From NCBI GenBank assembly GCA_964356795.1, contig CAYHIK010000004.1:2743-66742 (forward strand): 64,000 bases of DNA, in the 5' to 3' direction. The position numbers and the translations under genes are program-made. Source of the DNA: an uncultured Candidatus Saccharibacteria bacterium (GTDB lineage: Bacteria; Patescibacteriota; Minisyncoccia; 2-02-FULL-40-12; GWA2-44-9). Below, piece after piece: positions 1 through 10,202 of this stretch. Below the pieces are notes generated by a model. The model did not search any database. It saw only the letters and a list, made by a program, of their open reading frames with translations, and had not been told where the DNA came from. The stretch's first letter is position 1. Every line of letters starts with the position of its first letter.

Positions 1-45
1 GATGAGCACGGCAAACCCAATACCACGTATTCGCTCGCGATGCAT
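1..45 (-). CDS. 5' end of a gene running off the window (signal-peptide-like start)
   Basis: ATG at 45 reads MHRERIRGIGFAVLI, open to the window edge. Confidence 0.35.
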   Translation of the reverse strand, partial: MHRERIRGIGFAVLI

Positions 46-92
46 ACGTTTTTATTATCGCACATGTATTCGAATTTATTGAATAAAAAGTG

Positions 93-128
93 GATATCAA
101 AAGCACCGCGCATGCGGTGCTTTTGATA
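93..128. terminator. Intrinsic terminator-like hairpin
   Basis: atatcaaaagcaccgc-gcat-gcggtgcttttgatat inverted repeat. Confidence 0.65.
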
Positions 129-190
129 TGTATCACGCTCACAGTCCGCATCAGCGGTATACGCGCTCGTTCAGGGTGCGTAACGCACTA

Positions 191-232
191 CGGCCTACTG
201 GCCTTTAGTATTTCCTCGCTCTCGCTCGGTCA
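191..232 (-). repeat. Isolated copy of the type II structured-repeat motif
   Basis: cggcctactggcctttagtatttcctcgctctcgctcggt closely matches ~60589-60627 and ~62309-62347. Confidence 0.7.
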
Positions 233-303
233 TCGAAAAGCAGTGGGCTTTGGTACAGCAACTGAACATTGCGCATATCTAGGCTATTTTCTTGAACTTT
301 TGA

Positions 304-411
304 AATCGAGTATGCCCATTCGAGCAGGCTTTCGGAGCGCGACGGCGCGAGAACGAGACGCCCCGCCAGTGAGGCGGGGACGTCGTACTGCTGGAGTGGG
401 TATGCTCGATT
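304..411 (+). repeat. Type I structured repeat, copy 1 (candidate ncRNA or REP-like element)
   Basis: Core ggctttcggagcgcgacggcgcgagaacgagacg...acgtcgtac inside a long closing stem; shared with 38611 and 44592. Confidence 0.8.
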
Positions 412-424
412 GCAGAGCAACCAA

Positions 425-1942
425 CTAGCGAGCGTACTCCACGGAACGTGTCTCGCGGATGACGTTCACGCGGATTTCTCCAGGATACTTCATTTCCGTC
501 TCAATTCTCTGCGCAATATCACGTGCCAATTGAAGGGCAGCCATATCATCAATCTTACTTGGGGTCACAAAGACGCGAACCTCACGCCCCGCTTGAATGG
601 CATAGGACTTCTCCACTCCATCAAATGAGCCAGCGATGCGCTCCAAGTCCTCGAGACGCTTGAGGTAAATCTCAACCGTGTCGCGGCGAGCACCAGGGCG
701 TGCGCCAGAAATGGCGTCTGCGGCTTGCACGATGCGACTCTCCAGAGAACTGTATGGATATTCTTCGTGGTGCGCCTCCATGGCCTTGATAACTTTGTCA
801 TCGATGCCGAATTTGGCGAGAATCTTACGGCCAATTTCCACATGCGTACCCTGCACCTCATGGTCCACAGCCTTTCCGATATCGTGGAAGAGCGCGCCTT
901 TCTTGGAAACCATCACATCGGCGCCGACTTCAGCGGCGAGCATGCCGGCAACATGCGCCATTTCAGTGGAATGCACGAGCACATTCTGACCAAAGCTCGT
1001 TCTAAATGCGAGACGTCCGAGGAGATACACGAGCTTCGGATCTACCATACCCACACCACACTCGATGAGCGCAGCTTCTCCTGCCTGGCGAATCTTTTCA
1101 TTAATCTCAACGCGCGCCTTCTCGACGCACTCTTCAATCTTCGTCGGATGAATGCGGCCATCAGCGATGAGTTTCTCCAGCGCTATCTTTGCAATCTGTC
1201 GGCGCACTGGATCAAAGCCAGAGATAACCATCGTTCCTGGCGTATCATCGATGATGACATCAACACCGGTGAGGCGCTCGAGCGTCTTGATGTTTCTACC
1301 TTCTTTACCGATAATCTTTCCCTTCAATTCATCCGATGGCAAACTCACCACAGTCGTGGTGGCATCTGCAATATGTGAACCCGCGTATCGCTGAATAGAA
1401 AGCGTAAGAATTTCTTTTGCCTTCAGTTCGAGCTGTTCGCGATTCTCGCCATCAAGTTTTCGGAGCTGGTGATACAGGTCCTCGCGGTACTGCTCACTTA
1501 CTTTCGTCATGATTTGCTCCTTTGCCTGCTCTCGCCCCAAACCGCTCACCCGCTCGAGTTCAGTGATTTGCTTTGCGCGTACTTGCTCTAAGTCGGCCTT
1601 GATTGCTACGACCTCTTCGCCTTTTTGCTTGAGTGATGCTCGCTCGGATGCAACTTCTTTCGTGCGATCCTCGAGGTCGGTTTCTTTTTTCGTCAAAAGA
1701 TTCTCGATTCGGTCGAGTTGCTTTCGTCGGTCACCCTCTTCGCGCTTTGCATCCTCGAGCACTTTGAGTGCCTTATTGTTTGCTTCAAGCACAATATCTT
1801 GGGCTTTCGCCTTTGATTCGCTAATGAGTGTCTCTGCGCGAGACTCTGCTTGAGCTACCTTACGACTGGCGAGAAACTTCCTGAGAAAGAATCCTATAAG
1901 AAACCCGATGAGCACCGCGGGTATCGAGAGGGTCAAAGACAT
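425..1942 (-). CDS. rny: Ribonuclease Y
   Basis: N-terminal TM helix, coiled coil, KH motif KGKIIGKEGRNI, HD motif FHDIGK, ADAISGARPGAR. Confidence 0.97.
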   Translation of the reverse strand: MSLTLSIPAVLIGFLIGFFLRKFLASRKVAQAESRAETLISESKAKAQDIVLEANNKALKVLEDAKREEGDRRKQLDRIENLLTKKETDLEDRTKEVASERASLKQKGEEVVAIKADLEQVRAKQITELERVSGLGREQAKEQIMTKVSEQYREDLYHQLRKLDGENREQLELKAKEILTLSIQRYAGSHIADATTTVVSLPSDELKGKIIGKEGRNIKTLERLTGVDVIIDDTPGTMVISGFDPVRRQIAKIALEKLIADGRIHPTKIEECVEKARVEINEKIRQAGEAALIECGVGMVDPKLVYLLGRLAFRTSFGQNVLVHSTEMAHVAGMLAAEVGADVMVSKKGALFHDIGKAVDHEVQGTHVEIGRKILAKFGIDDKVIKAMEAHHEEYPYSSLESRIVQAADAISGARPGARRDTVEIYLKRLEDLERIAGSFDGVEKSYAIQAGREVRVFVTPSKIDDMAALQLARDIAQRIETEMKYPGEIRVNVIRETRSVEYAR

Positions 1943-2089
1943 ACATTTGATACGCGATAAAATCCGCGGCGCTGATCACGCGAGTGTGCGCTGTCTCTTG
2001 AGAATGCTGAAGCGTGAGGATCATCGGAGATTTTTGCGTTCCATTACGTTACGTGCTTGCACTATACCAGAAAAGCGTGAAAAAGCAAC

Positions 2090-3139
2090 TTATGCCAGTG
2101 TAGCCCCGCCGATAACACGATTTCGTCGATAGAGTACCACTGATTGCCCTGGCGCAATCGCACGCACAGCCTTTGAGAATGTGAGTGTGCGCCCTGAAAG
2201 TGTTGCCGGCACCGCTGTCGTGCGGTATCGAATCTTTGCGCGCACGCGAAGTGGCAATGCGGGGCGAGGGATGAGCCAGTGCACATGAGAAATCCTCGCA
2301 GTTCGCTTCATGAGATCCGCCTCAGAACCCACGACAACTGTATTGCGCTGTATATTCTTTGAGACGACAAAATACGGACCAGCGCCATCTCGGATATTCA
2401 GACCATGCCGCTGACCGATCGTATAGTAGGCAGCTCCATCGTGCGTCCCGATATGCTTCCCATCAGTTCCGAGAATATTTCCCTGACGCGACGCAATTGA
2501 GCGCTTGAGAAATTCTTTGACATCAAGCTGTCCCACAAAGCAGACCCCTTGGCTGTCTTTTTTCTGTGCAACCGCAAGGCGCGCTCGCCTCGCAATGATA
2601 CGAACCTCTGGCTTCGTGAGATGTCCGATAGGAAAGAGTATGTGCTGAAGTTGCTGCGCCTGGATACCCCAGAGAAAGTATGTCTGATCTTTTTCAGTGT
2701 CTGCCGACGTAGTGAGCGCGTATCCGGTCTTACTTTTTGCGATTTGCGCGTAGTGTCCCGTTGCGATGAAATCCGCGCCCTCCGAGAGCGCACGGTCAAG
2801 GAATAATCCAAACTTAATTTGACGATTACATTCGACGTCAGGGTTGGGCGTAGTGCCCGTGCGGTACGCCTCAATCATGGGCTGCGCAACGCCAGCACCA
2901 TACTCCTTGGAGAAATCCCATGTCTTGAACGATATACCGAGATGCGCAGCAACACGAAGCGCGTCTGCGCGGTCTTGCTCCCAGAGGCAGCGCAATCCCT
3001 TCGGCTGCCACGGCTTCATGAATACGCCGACAACACGGTAGCCGCTCCGAAAAAGCAGATGTGCGGCAACAGCGGAGTCGACTCCGCCCGACATCGCAAC
3101 ATACACTAATTTCCCTGATTTCGCGGGCTTCATATGCAT
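2090..3139 (-). CDS. mnmA: tRNA 2-thiouridylase MnmA
   Basis: MSGGVDS PP-loop, TPNPDVECN, ATGHY, KDQTYFL, DSQGVCF. Confidence 0.96.
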   Translation of the reverse strand: MHMKPAKSGKLVYVAMSGGVDSAVAAHLLFRSGYRVVGVFMKPWQPKGLRCLWEQDRADALRVAAHLGISFKTWDFSKEYGAGVAQPMIEAYRTGTTPNPDVECNRQIKFGLFLDRALSEGADFIATGHYAQIAKSKTGYALTTSADTEKDQTYFLWGIQAQQLQHILFPIGHLTKPEVRIIARRARLAVAQKKDSQGVCFVGQLDVKEFLKRSIASRQGNILGTDGKHIGTHDGAAYYTIGQRHGLNIRDGAGPYFVVSKNIQRNTVVVGSEADLMKRTARISHVHWLIPRPALPLRVRAKIRYRTTAVPATLSGRTLTFSKAVRAIAPGQSVVLYRRNRVIGGATLA

Positions 3140-3211
3140 ATAGTATGCAATAAAAATTCAATTATAGCAAATATTGTATCCCGAGTCTCATCAGCGTAGG
3201 ATGCATCCACC

Positions 3212-4057
3212 ATGCAGAAATCCAGCATCCGCACCGTACGCATCTTTCGTCGACCCGGTCATACGAAAGCGCTCGAATGGGAACGACGAATCATCGCGTG
3301 GCTTCGGAAACATCAGCCCAGCGTTCGCATCACGCACGACGCGGCCGATCTACTCATCGCACTTGGTGGCGATGGAACCATCATCGAAGCAACTCGTCGC
3401 CTCGCACCGGAATCATCACTCGTGCTCGGCCTCAATCTTGGCACGGTTGGATTTCTCGCGTCGGTTCGTGTGCCGTCACAGTTTCTTCGCGCGCTGCGTC
3501 TCGTCTTTGCGGGTAAGTTCCGCACCGTTCCTCGCATGATGCTCTCGATCACCGTCACCCGCGCGCATTCGGTTGTGTTCGAATCGCCCTGTATGAACGA
3601 GGTGTTTATTCAGCACCCCTTCGGCACGGTCGCAATCGATGTACTCATTGGCGTGACCCGTGTGCAGAGCATCCGCGGCACGGGCGTCATCGCCGCAACT
3701 CCCACCGGTTCAACGGGATACAATCTTTCCGCACATGGGCCGATTATCGATCCCGAATTGCAATGCGTGATTATCACCGAAGTGCTCGATCACAACGTGC
3801 CCACACCAAGCATGGTCATCCCCTCCGACAAACACATTCATTTTCGCATTAAGGATTTTCGAAAACGAAACACCATCCACATCGATGGCGCTCGCGGGCT
3901 CCACGACGTCATCCTCGCCATCGATGGGCAGGCATTGTTTCCTTTAGAGAAATCAGATACGATCACGGTCACAAATTCAGGTCGCTCATATTCCCTTGTT
4001 GAGTTGGAGTCGAGCTATTTCTATACCAGCCTCCATGAAAAATTCAGCCTCACCTAA
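3212..4057 (+). CDS. nadK: NAD(+) kinase
   Basis: GGDGT, NLGTVGFL, NE, TPTGSTGYNLSAHGP motifs. Confidence 0.92.
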   Translation: MQKSSIRTVRIFRRPGHTKALEWERRIIAWLRKHQPSVRITHDAADLLIALGGDGTIIEATRRLAPESSLVLGLNLGTVGFLASVRVPSQFLRALRLVFAGKFRTVPRMMLSITVTRAHSVVFESPCMNEVFIQHPFGTVAIDVLIGVTRVQSIRGTGVIAATPTGSTGYNLSAHGPIIDPELQCVIITEVLDHNVPTPSMVIPSDKHIHFRIKDFRKRNTIHIDGARGLHDVILAIDGQALFPLEKSDTITVTNSGRSYSLVELESSYFYTSLHEKFSLT

Positions 4058-4841
4058 ACGGGTAAAGCTAGGGGTATTCGATATCGACGGAACTATCTTC
4101 CGCTCAAGTCTTGTGATTGAGGTGTTCAATGGCCTCGTTGATGCTGGCGTATTTCCCCACGAGGCGCGCGAGATAGTCTCGAAATCATTCGTACGGTGGC
4201 TCGATAGGAAGGGCCACTACAATGACTATCTTATGAAGTTAGTGCGCACCTATTATGAGTACCTCCCCGGCACCAATGCAGTACTCGTTGACGCAGTCAT
4301 CGCGCAAGTTGTAGATCGACAAAAAAATCGCGTGTATCGGTATACCCGCGACCTCATCCGAGACCTTCGCGCAAAGGGGCACCACCTCGTCGCAATATCC
4401 AATTCTCAAAATGTCATGGTGCAACACTTTGCGACCGCGCAAGGATTCGACGCCGCGATTGGCAGAAATCTGGAAGTTGCTGACGGCGTATACACAGGGA
4501 GAATTTTATTCGAAGGAAAGCCGTTCCCTATTTCTGCGCATCTCGATAAGGTTCACATCCTCAAGAGCTACCTCGCAGATGCGCACATCGAGGCCGACCT
4601 CGAACACTCCTACGCGGTAGGAGATTCAGAGGGTGACATTGAGCTCCTTCGCTCTGTCGGACACCCAGTCGCGTTCAACCCCTCACTTCCGCTCGCGCGC
4701 ATCGCACGACGGCATGGGTGGCAAATGATCGTGGAGCGCAAAGATGCCATCTACGACATCCACGATGCATCGTTCATCCACCACGATGAGCATCAAATTG
4801 TCCGCCTACGCTACGCAGCCATACCGAAACGCCCTCGGTAA
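4035..4841 (+). CDS. HAD-IB family hydrolase (SerB-like)
   Basis: FDIDGT motif I, GDSEGD motif IV, AFNP. Confidence 0.88.
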   Translation: MKNSASPKRVKLGVFDIDGTIFRSSLVIEVFNGLVDAGVFPHEAREIVSKSFVRWLDRKGHYNDYLMKLVRTYYEYLPGTNAVLVDAVIAQVVDRQKNRVYRYTRDLIRDLRAKGHHLVAISNSQNVMVQHFATAQGFDAAIGRNLEVADGVYTGRILFEGKPFPISAHLDKVHILKSYLADAHIEADLEHSYAVGDSEGDIELLRSVGHPVAFNPSLPLARIARRHGWQMIVERKDAIYDIHDASFIHHDEHQIVRLRYAAIPKRPR

Positions 4842-4882
4842 GCGCACTGGCTCATTCATGCTTCCTAGGATACACTAGTCCC

Positions 4883-5518
4883 ATGTTTGATTTAGTAAAT
4901 CTTGTAAAAACAGCCGGCTATCTTGGTGTTGCGGGCATCGTATTCGCCGAATCAGGACTTCTCGTGGGACTCATCCTCCCCGGCGACAGCCTCCTCTTTA
5001 CTGCAGGTTTTTTGGCGTCGCAGGGATATCTCAATATTTTCGTGCTCTGCCTCGTCGCATTTGTGTCAGCTGTGGTCGGAGATAATGTTGGATACTATCT
5101 GGGAAATCGTTTTGGTCATTCGGTTTTTCGAAAAAAGGATTCGCTCTTGTTGAGTCCCGACCACATCACTCGTGCAGAAAAATATTTTGAACGCTGGGGA
5201 GCGAAGACCATCATTATCGCGCGATTTATTCCTGTCGTTCGCACAATCGCTCCCACACTCGCAGGAGTTGGCTCTATGAGATGGTCTGTGTTTGCGATCA
5301 ATAATATCATTGGCGGAATTCTCTGGGCAATCGGGCTGCCCGTGCTCGGATATGCCCTCGGATCTTCGATTCCGAATATCGATGCATACCTCCTTCCTAT
5401 TGTGGGTGGAATCATCCTCATCTCTGTTGCGCCCGGCATCATACATCTCCTCCGCGAGCCAGAGAGTCGTGCACACCTCATGCGTGGACTTCGCCACATG
5501 ATGCGCTGGGATCGATGA
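4883..5518 (+). CDS. DedA family membrane protein
   Basis: FAESGLLVG, LPGDSLL, ARFIPVVRT motifs. Confidence 0.93.
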   Translation: MFDLVNLVKTAGYLGVAGIVFAESGLLVGLILPGDSLLFTAGFLASQGYLNIFVLCLVAFVSAVVGDNVGYYLGNRFGHSVFRKKDSLLLSPDHITRAEKYFERWGAKTIIIARFIPVVRTIAPTLAGVGSMRWSVFAINNIIGGILWAIGLPVLGYALGSSIPNIDAYLLPIVGGIILISVAPGIIHLLREPESRAHLMRGLRHMMRWDR

Positions 5519-5733
5519 GAATCATCGTTGAAGCAAAAACAGCGCAACGCATAGAACGCATCACGCCAATCGGACCATCCCGATACGAGGTTCGCGTACA
5601 CGCCGAACCAAAAGAAGGGAAAGCGAACACTGCAATCATTTCCGCGCTTGCGAAGTATTTTAGCGTCCCACGCTCGCGCATCACGCTCAAGATGGGCGCA
5701 ACCGCAAAAACAAAGGTGTTCGAAGTGCTCTAG
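5515..5733 (+). CDS. DUF167 (YggU-like) protein
   Basis: EPKEGKAN...LAKYF...GATAKTK pattern; ATGA overlap with DedA. Confidence 0.85.
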   Translation: MRIIVEAKTAQRIERITPIGPSRYEVRVHAEPKEGKANTAIISALAKYFSVPRSRITLKMGATAKTKVFEVL

Positions 5734-5743
5734 AAAAAAACGA

Positions 5744-5763
5744 AGAGGCCCCGAAGGGCCTCA
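5744..5763. terminator. Terminator hairpin between convergent genes
   Basis: gaggccc-cgaa-gggcctc preceded by an A-run. Confidence 0.6.
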
Positions 5764-5765
5764 AT

Positions 5766-6020
5766 CTACGCGGTCGTCATCTTCGTCATCCAGCCACGCT
5801 CTCGCGCGATGGCGAACATTTGTCGCAGCAACTCAATGAACACATCGTTCGGAATGGATTCACGGCCAGATCCACCCCACGAGAACCGCCGGATCTCCCT
5901 GAAGCGCTGTGTCGCCTCATCGAGCCAGAACAGCCACTCCGTGCTCCCATACAGGACACAGATGGTTCCCCGCGTGTCATCGATTTCTCCGATGGTAATG
6001 CCGTTCTCCTGAACAGCCAT
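5766..6020 (-). CDS. Hypothetical protein
   Basis: ORF with GGAGG SD and TTGACA promoter upstream (6061-6066). Confidence 0.65.
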   Translation of the reverse strand: MAVQENGITIGEIDDTRGTICVLYGSTEWLFWLDEATQRFREIRRFSWGGSGRESIPNDVFIELLRQMFAIARERGWMTKMTTA

Positions 6021-6341
6021 ACTCACCTCCTGTATTTATCATACTCCTATTTTATGTATTTGTCAATGACTCCCCTATTTCACGAAATTCTTTTTGAGAA
6101 AAACAATTTTAATTATTTTTTTGAAAATAATTTTTAAAGTTATCCACTTTTTTTCTATGCAATATCACTCTGCAATTTTATAATAGTGATGTCAGTCATT
6201 TACATGGTATTGGTATCTGTGATGGATAACTTGGTTGTCTCACGACATCCGGTGGTCGCCCATCACTCACCTATAAGGAGGAATACGAAGCAGGGCGTAT
6301 GCGCCGCGGCGCCTACGCATTGGTTCGTTGACCACCCAGCA

Positions 6342-6410
6342 ATGGTAAAGAAAAAGAAGAAAGTGGCCCCAAAGAAGAAAAAGGCCGCAGCAAAGAAGAA
6401 GAAGAGGTAA
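6342..6410 (+). CDS. 22-aa Lys/Ala-rich basic peptide (histone-H1-tail-like)
   Basis: MVKKKKKVAPKKKKAAAKKKKR, followed by a terminator hairpin at 6426-6451. Confidence 0.6.
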   Translation: MVKKKKKVAPKKKKAAAKKKKR

Positions 6411-6486
6411 TCTCGTCTTCGCTCCGATAAAAGCCCGAAAGGGCTTTTATCTTTATATAAGAAAAAACCGAGTCGTTGACCCGGTT

Positions 6487-7941
6487 TTATTCGTTTCCGC
6501 TTCGAGCGTCTGCGAGTGCTGGCTCCCAATGATCCTTGAGAAACCGCAATTTCGCAATGTATCCTTTTGTTTCCGCGAGAAGACGCTCTCCCGATCGAGA
6601 CCCTCGAACTTCTGCCCAATCAGGACTCTTATTTTTCTTTGCGATGCGCACAATCTTGATAACTCTTCCGATGCCCGTGTTGTATGCAGCAGCAAGGTAC
6701 TCCTCGAGTCGCGGATCTGAAGTAATCGACTCCCCAAATGTACCCGTGAGCTGGGAGAGATTGTAGTCATGGAGGAGCACTGCGGCCTTCATGGCATTGA
6801 AGGGATCTCGCGCACCGTTCACAAAATCACCCGTAAGAAGCGCGGCAGGATAGAGTCTCTGCATCATCACATAGGTACCGGCAGTAAACTGCATGAGCCC
6901 ACACGCACTTGCAGGGCTACACGTGTAGGATGCGACGCGGTCACGATTTGCCGCAATCACAACTTGAATGCGTTCAGCAGTCCACAGTGGATCGAGGATG
7001 AACTCAGTCATATCCATGTGTTCGTTTGGCGCAAGACGCGCAAGGTATGATGGCTTCAGCGAAGACACATCGGCGACGCGAGCTCCTGGTGAGGCGAGCG
7101 ATTGCACATTGAGTCGGCGGAGCTCGTCATACGCGCGTTGCGCAAGCTGCTCAAGGTACGCACGCCCACCAAGTACGAGCTCGGGAGTGTGCAGGTCCTT
7201 CGTGTATCCAGTGTAGAACACGGGGACGGTAGTTTTCTCCGTCTTCGTTGTAGTAACTTTTTTGCCCGCTTTATTCTTCGTCGTTGTCTTGGTTGTGGTG
7301 ACCTTGATGTACGGATACGAATTCGCAATCACCGCAAAGCCCTCGGGACGATTGATCACAAACTCCGTGGCCCAGTTATTCCAACGAATACCATTCGCGC
7401 GGCGCACGACGTCGATGTCGTATTCGCGAGGAGTGATAAGAGTATCTCCGCGCTTGGTGACCACGACCGTGCGAAGTTCGCACGTCTCGAGGTTCATGAG
7501 CGCAAGTGCAATATCTTTTTCCGGGTCCTTAAACATCAGCGTCCTTCCCGCGCGAGCCTCCGTATACCGATACTCGTTCGAACCAACGTTCAGCGTGATC
7601 GGCTCGAGAAGAGAGCGAGACTCATCAATTTTTGCAGGAATGTCACATCCCGCTCGCTGAGGCTCTCGCGCATCTTCGGTATCGACGGCTTGCGCGATAC
7701 TCGGAAGCAAAAGCTCAGAAAACGAGAGCGGGCGAATTCGCAACTTCACAACGTCATCAACGGGCTCCATATGTTCTTGTGCGGCGGCCGGGGTGGGTGG
7801 TGACTGGAATCGTGCCGCGCACGCACCAGCCACGAGCGACATCACTATCACAAGCATCGTGGTTGTACGAGTGCGCATGCCCAATCTCCATGAGTTATCA
7901 ACGGACTGGGCTGAAGATATCATACGCGTGCTGTTTGTCAT
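6487..7941 (-). CDS. Secreted/lipoprotein SLT-family lytic transglycosylase-like protein (true start probably ~7878)
   Basis: SPASACGLMQF, AAYNTG, ETKGY SLT motifs; hydrophobic leader ending in Cys. Confidence 0.8.
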   Translation of the reverse strand: MTNSTRMISSAQSVDNSWRLGMRTRTTTMLVIVMSLVAGACAARFQSPPTPAAAQEHMEPVDDVVKLRIRPLSFSELLLPSIAQAVDTEDAREPQRAGCDIPAKIDESRSLLEPITLNVGSNEYRYTEARAGRTLMFKDPEKDIALALMNLETCELRTVVVTKRGDTLITPREYDIDVVRRANGIRWNNWATEFVINRPEGFAVIANSYPYIKVTTTKTTTKNKAGKKVTTTKTEKTTVPVFYTGYTKDLHTPELVLGGRAYLEQLAQRAYDELRRLNVQSLASPGARVADVSSLKPSYLARLAPNEHMDMTEFILDPLWTAERIQVVIAANRDRVASYTCSPASACGLMQFTAGTYVMMQRLYPAALLTGDFVNGARDPFNAMKAAVLLHDYNLSQLTGTFGESITSDPRLEEYLAAAYNTGIGRVIKIVRIAKKNKSPDWAEVRGSRSGERLLAETKGYIAKLRFLKDHWEPALADARSGNE

Positions 7942-9284
7942 TATAAGTTCTTCTCAATTTCAGCTGCTTTCTGCTGAATGGTATTCGCGTATGAATTGCA
8001 CGTTGTCGTTGAGCAAGATCCATTCCCACTAATATAGGCCTTGGCGGCACGAATCTCCCCCGCGCGATCCTTGCTCGTTGCACCGCCGACTGCAAGCTTC
8101 ACCGCTGAAGCGGTGAATGCATCTTGGAAGTTCCAGGGGCTTACGGGATTGTTTCCCGTAATCTGAGCAACCTTCGCCTCGTAGCCAAGCCACGTTGATG
8201 GAATGAACTGCGCGGGCCCCATGGCTCCCCCACATCCATACGAGGGCTCCTTCGACACCTTTACCGAGTTTGGATCAAGTCCGAGCGCGCTCGTAATCTT
8301 CAAGAACGCATTTTTTTCAGTTTCAGATCGCTTAATGTAATATGCCTTCCGATCAGCAGTCTTTGCAATCTGTGAAAGTCGTAAATAACACTGCACCATA
8401 TCGTCTTGCCAGTTACCACTCCCAACATTTTTGCCGAGCCGCGATTCAACCTCGAGAAGTGCGAGCAAAAATGCGGGACGAATCCCCGCTCCAATAGCGG
8501 CAAGTTGAGCGTACTTCACCGCATCTTCAACGGTAATACCTCCTTGCAGTAAGAATGATATTTGCTCCTGAATTCTGGCAAGGTCTTGCTTCGTCTGCTT
8601 CACGAGTTGTTGATACTTCGCCTCTTCGCCTTTTGTTTGTTTTAATACGGTATTCTTTTGACCCTTTGCCGACGCAAGCTCGCGTTGTTGGAGTTCAGTC
8701 AGCCCCCGCATACGTTCAAGGTTTGAACGTTTCTCCTCAAGATCTCCTCGCTGAGCATCGAGCGCTTCCGCAAGCTCGCGCACAGAGCGGATTGTGAGTC
8801 GAAGATTGTCTTGGGTGCTCTGTACGCGATGAATATAATCGAAAAAATCCGAAAGCACCTCGTGGCGCAACAAGATTTGTGCAAGACTCATCTCGTCTGA
8901 AGCTGCGAGCTCGCGGAGATACTGCGCGAGCGCAGTTTGATAGAGACCTATCTTTCGCTGTGCCTCATCGATACTATCCGCTGTTTGCTGAATCTCGAGG
9001 CCAGTTTGATCAATCGAAGTGGAGAGCTGTTTTATCTGTGCCGTAATCTGCCCAATTTGCGCGTTCAGGCGAGCGATTTCGTTCTGCAGGGTAGCTGATT
9101 TTTGCCCAACAGCGTCCATCTGCGCCTGATATTCATCAATCTGTCGCTGCAACTCGTCTCTCAGTTGTTGCTTTTGTTGAATGTCCTCAGCGATTCCAGC
9201 AGATGCGGGCGCCACGCTCAATACGAACGATGAAAGAATCGCTCCGGAGAGTGCAATGATTTGGAATATGCGGCGCACGCTCAC
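7941..9284 (-). CDS. Coiled-coil lytic murein transglycosylase
   Basis: Signal peptide, PcsB-like coiled coil, VESRLGKNVG and GGAMGPAQFIPSTW motifs. Confidence 0.85.
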   Translation of the reverse strand: MSVRRIFQIIALSGAILSSFVLSVAPASAGIAEDIQQKQQLRDELQRQIDEYQAQMDAVGQKSATLQNEIARLNAQIGQITAQIKQLSTSIDQTGLEIQQTADSIDEAQRKIGLYQTALAQYLRELAASDEMSLAQILLRHEVLSDFFDYIHRVQSTQDNLRLTIRSVRELAEALDAQRGDLEEKRSNLERMRGLTELQQRELASAKGQKNTVLKQTKGEEAKYQQLVKQTKQDLARIQEQISFLLQGGITVEDAVKYAQLAAIGAGIRPAFLLALLEVESRLGKNVGSGNWQDDMVQCYLRLSQIAKTADRKAYYIKRSETEKNAFLKITSALGLDPNSVKVSKEPSYGCGGAMGPAQFIPSTWLGYEAKVAQITGNNPVSPWNFQDAFTASAVKLAVGGATSKDRAGEIRAAKAYISGNGSCSTTTCNSYANTIQQKAAEIEKNL

Positions 9285-9757
9285 TCGACAATAATGGATG
9301 CCTCTCTGGCTTGCTCTGAGGAGCCTCCATGGTTATAGATGGTGCACGCTATGGGATGCGTAAATGAGATGGTGTATGAATCAGCGCGCATGAGCGGTCT
9401 CATTGAATTGATGTCTGCACAACCAGAACTTCCGAAACTATCACGCCCTACCACCCAGAAGGGTACGTCGGAAGTATTTCGAAAGATAATCGTGTCGCCA
9501 ACGCTTGCACGCAGTAATGCTGGGGTCACCCCTTCGTACGAAAATGTCATCGTGTGAGTCTGTGCAGCCTTGGCAGCGATTGTCGCAAGCGGCGTATTCA
9601 GCTGTTCATACGCGAGATACGTGGCCGTCGGCAGCGGGCTTGAATCTAGGGCGACACTATCGTCCGAATCATTCCATCGCGAACCAATCCAAAAAGACCC
9701 CGCCATCAATACAAGCGCAATCAATACACTCATAATTCTCCCTTGTTTCTGATTCAT
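9281..9757 (-). CDS. Membrane-anchored cupredoxin-fold-like protein
   Basis: N-terminal TM, TPALLRASVGDTIIFRN, YTISF...YNH pattern; copper ligands incomplete. Confidence 0.55.
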   Translation of the reverse strand: MNQKQGRIMSVLIALVLMAGSFWIGSRWNDSDDSVALDSSPLPTATYLAYEQLNTPLATIAAKAAQTHTMTFSYEGVTPALLRASVGDTIIFRNTSDVPFWVVGRDSFGSSGCADINSMRPLMRADSYTISFTHPIACTIYNHGGSSEQAREASIIVE

Positions 9758-9841
9758 AGATTCAGTATATCAAAAGCATACATTGGCAACAGTGCTCCAT
9801 GTGTATGCGCACCAGGCGCATGTGGTGTATACTATGATTAT

Positions 9842-10198
9842 ATGCGTACACGCCTACTCATTGGAATTATGTTAGTACTCCTACTCTCCCCCGCACTCGC
9901 ACTTGCGGCAAATGCGCCCGCCACTAACAGCCTCATCTCTCCCGTGGGAACGCTGGTCGCAGATCTGTATTCATTCTCCCTGAAAATTGTAGGCTTGTGC
10001 GTATTTGTTATGTTCTTGCTCGCAGGACTTTCAAAAATGATTCCCGCCCTTAAATCTCGTGTTGGCGACACAACCACCATTATTCAAAACGCAATCATCG
10101 GCACCGTACTCCTCTTCTCCGCGTATCTCATTCTCAATACAATCAATCCAGCGCTTGTGGGCAACCCGCCCGCCGTACTAAAGGTTCAGCGACCCTAG
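9842..10198 (+). CDS. T4SS/TrbC-VirB2-like pilin
   Basis: Signal peptide, two TM helices, IQNAIIG..LLFSAYLILNTINPAL. Confidence 0.75.
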   Translation: MRTRLLIGIMLVLLLSPALALAANAPATNSLISPVGTLVADLYSFSLKIVGLCVFVMFLLAGLSKMIPALKSRVGDTTTIIQNAIIGTVLLFSAYLILNTINPALVGNPPAVLKVQRP

Positions 10199-10202
10199 TT
10201 GC

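Noticed and set aside
6030-6235. Replication origin (AT-rich, ttatccact and tggataac)
   Set aside because: Only two imperfect DnaA-like boxes and no dnaA/dnaN context
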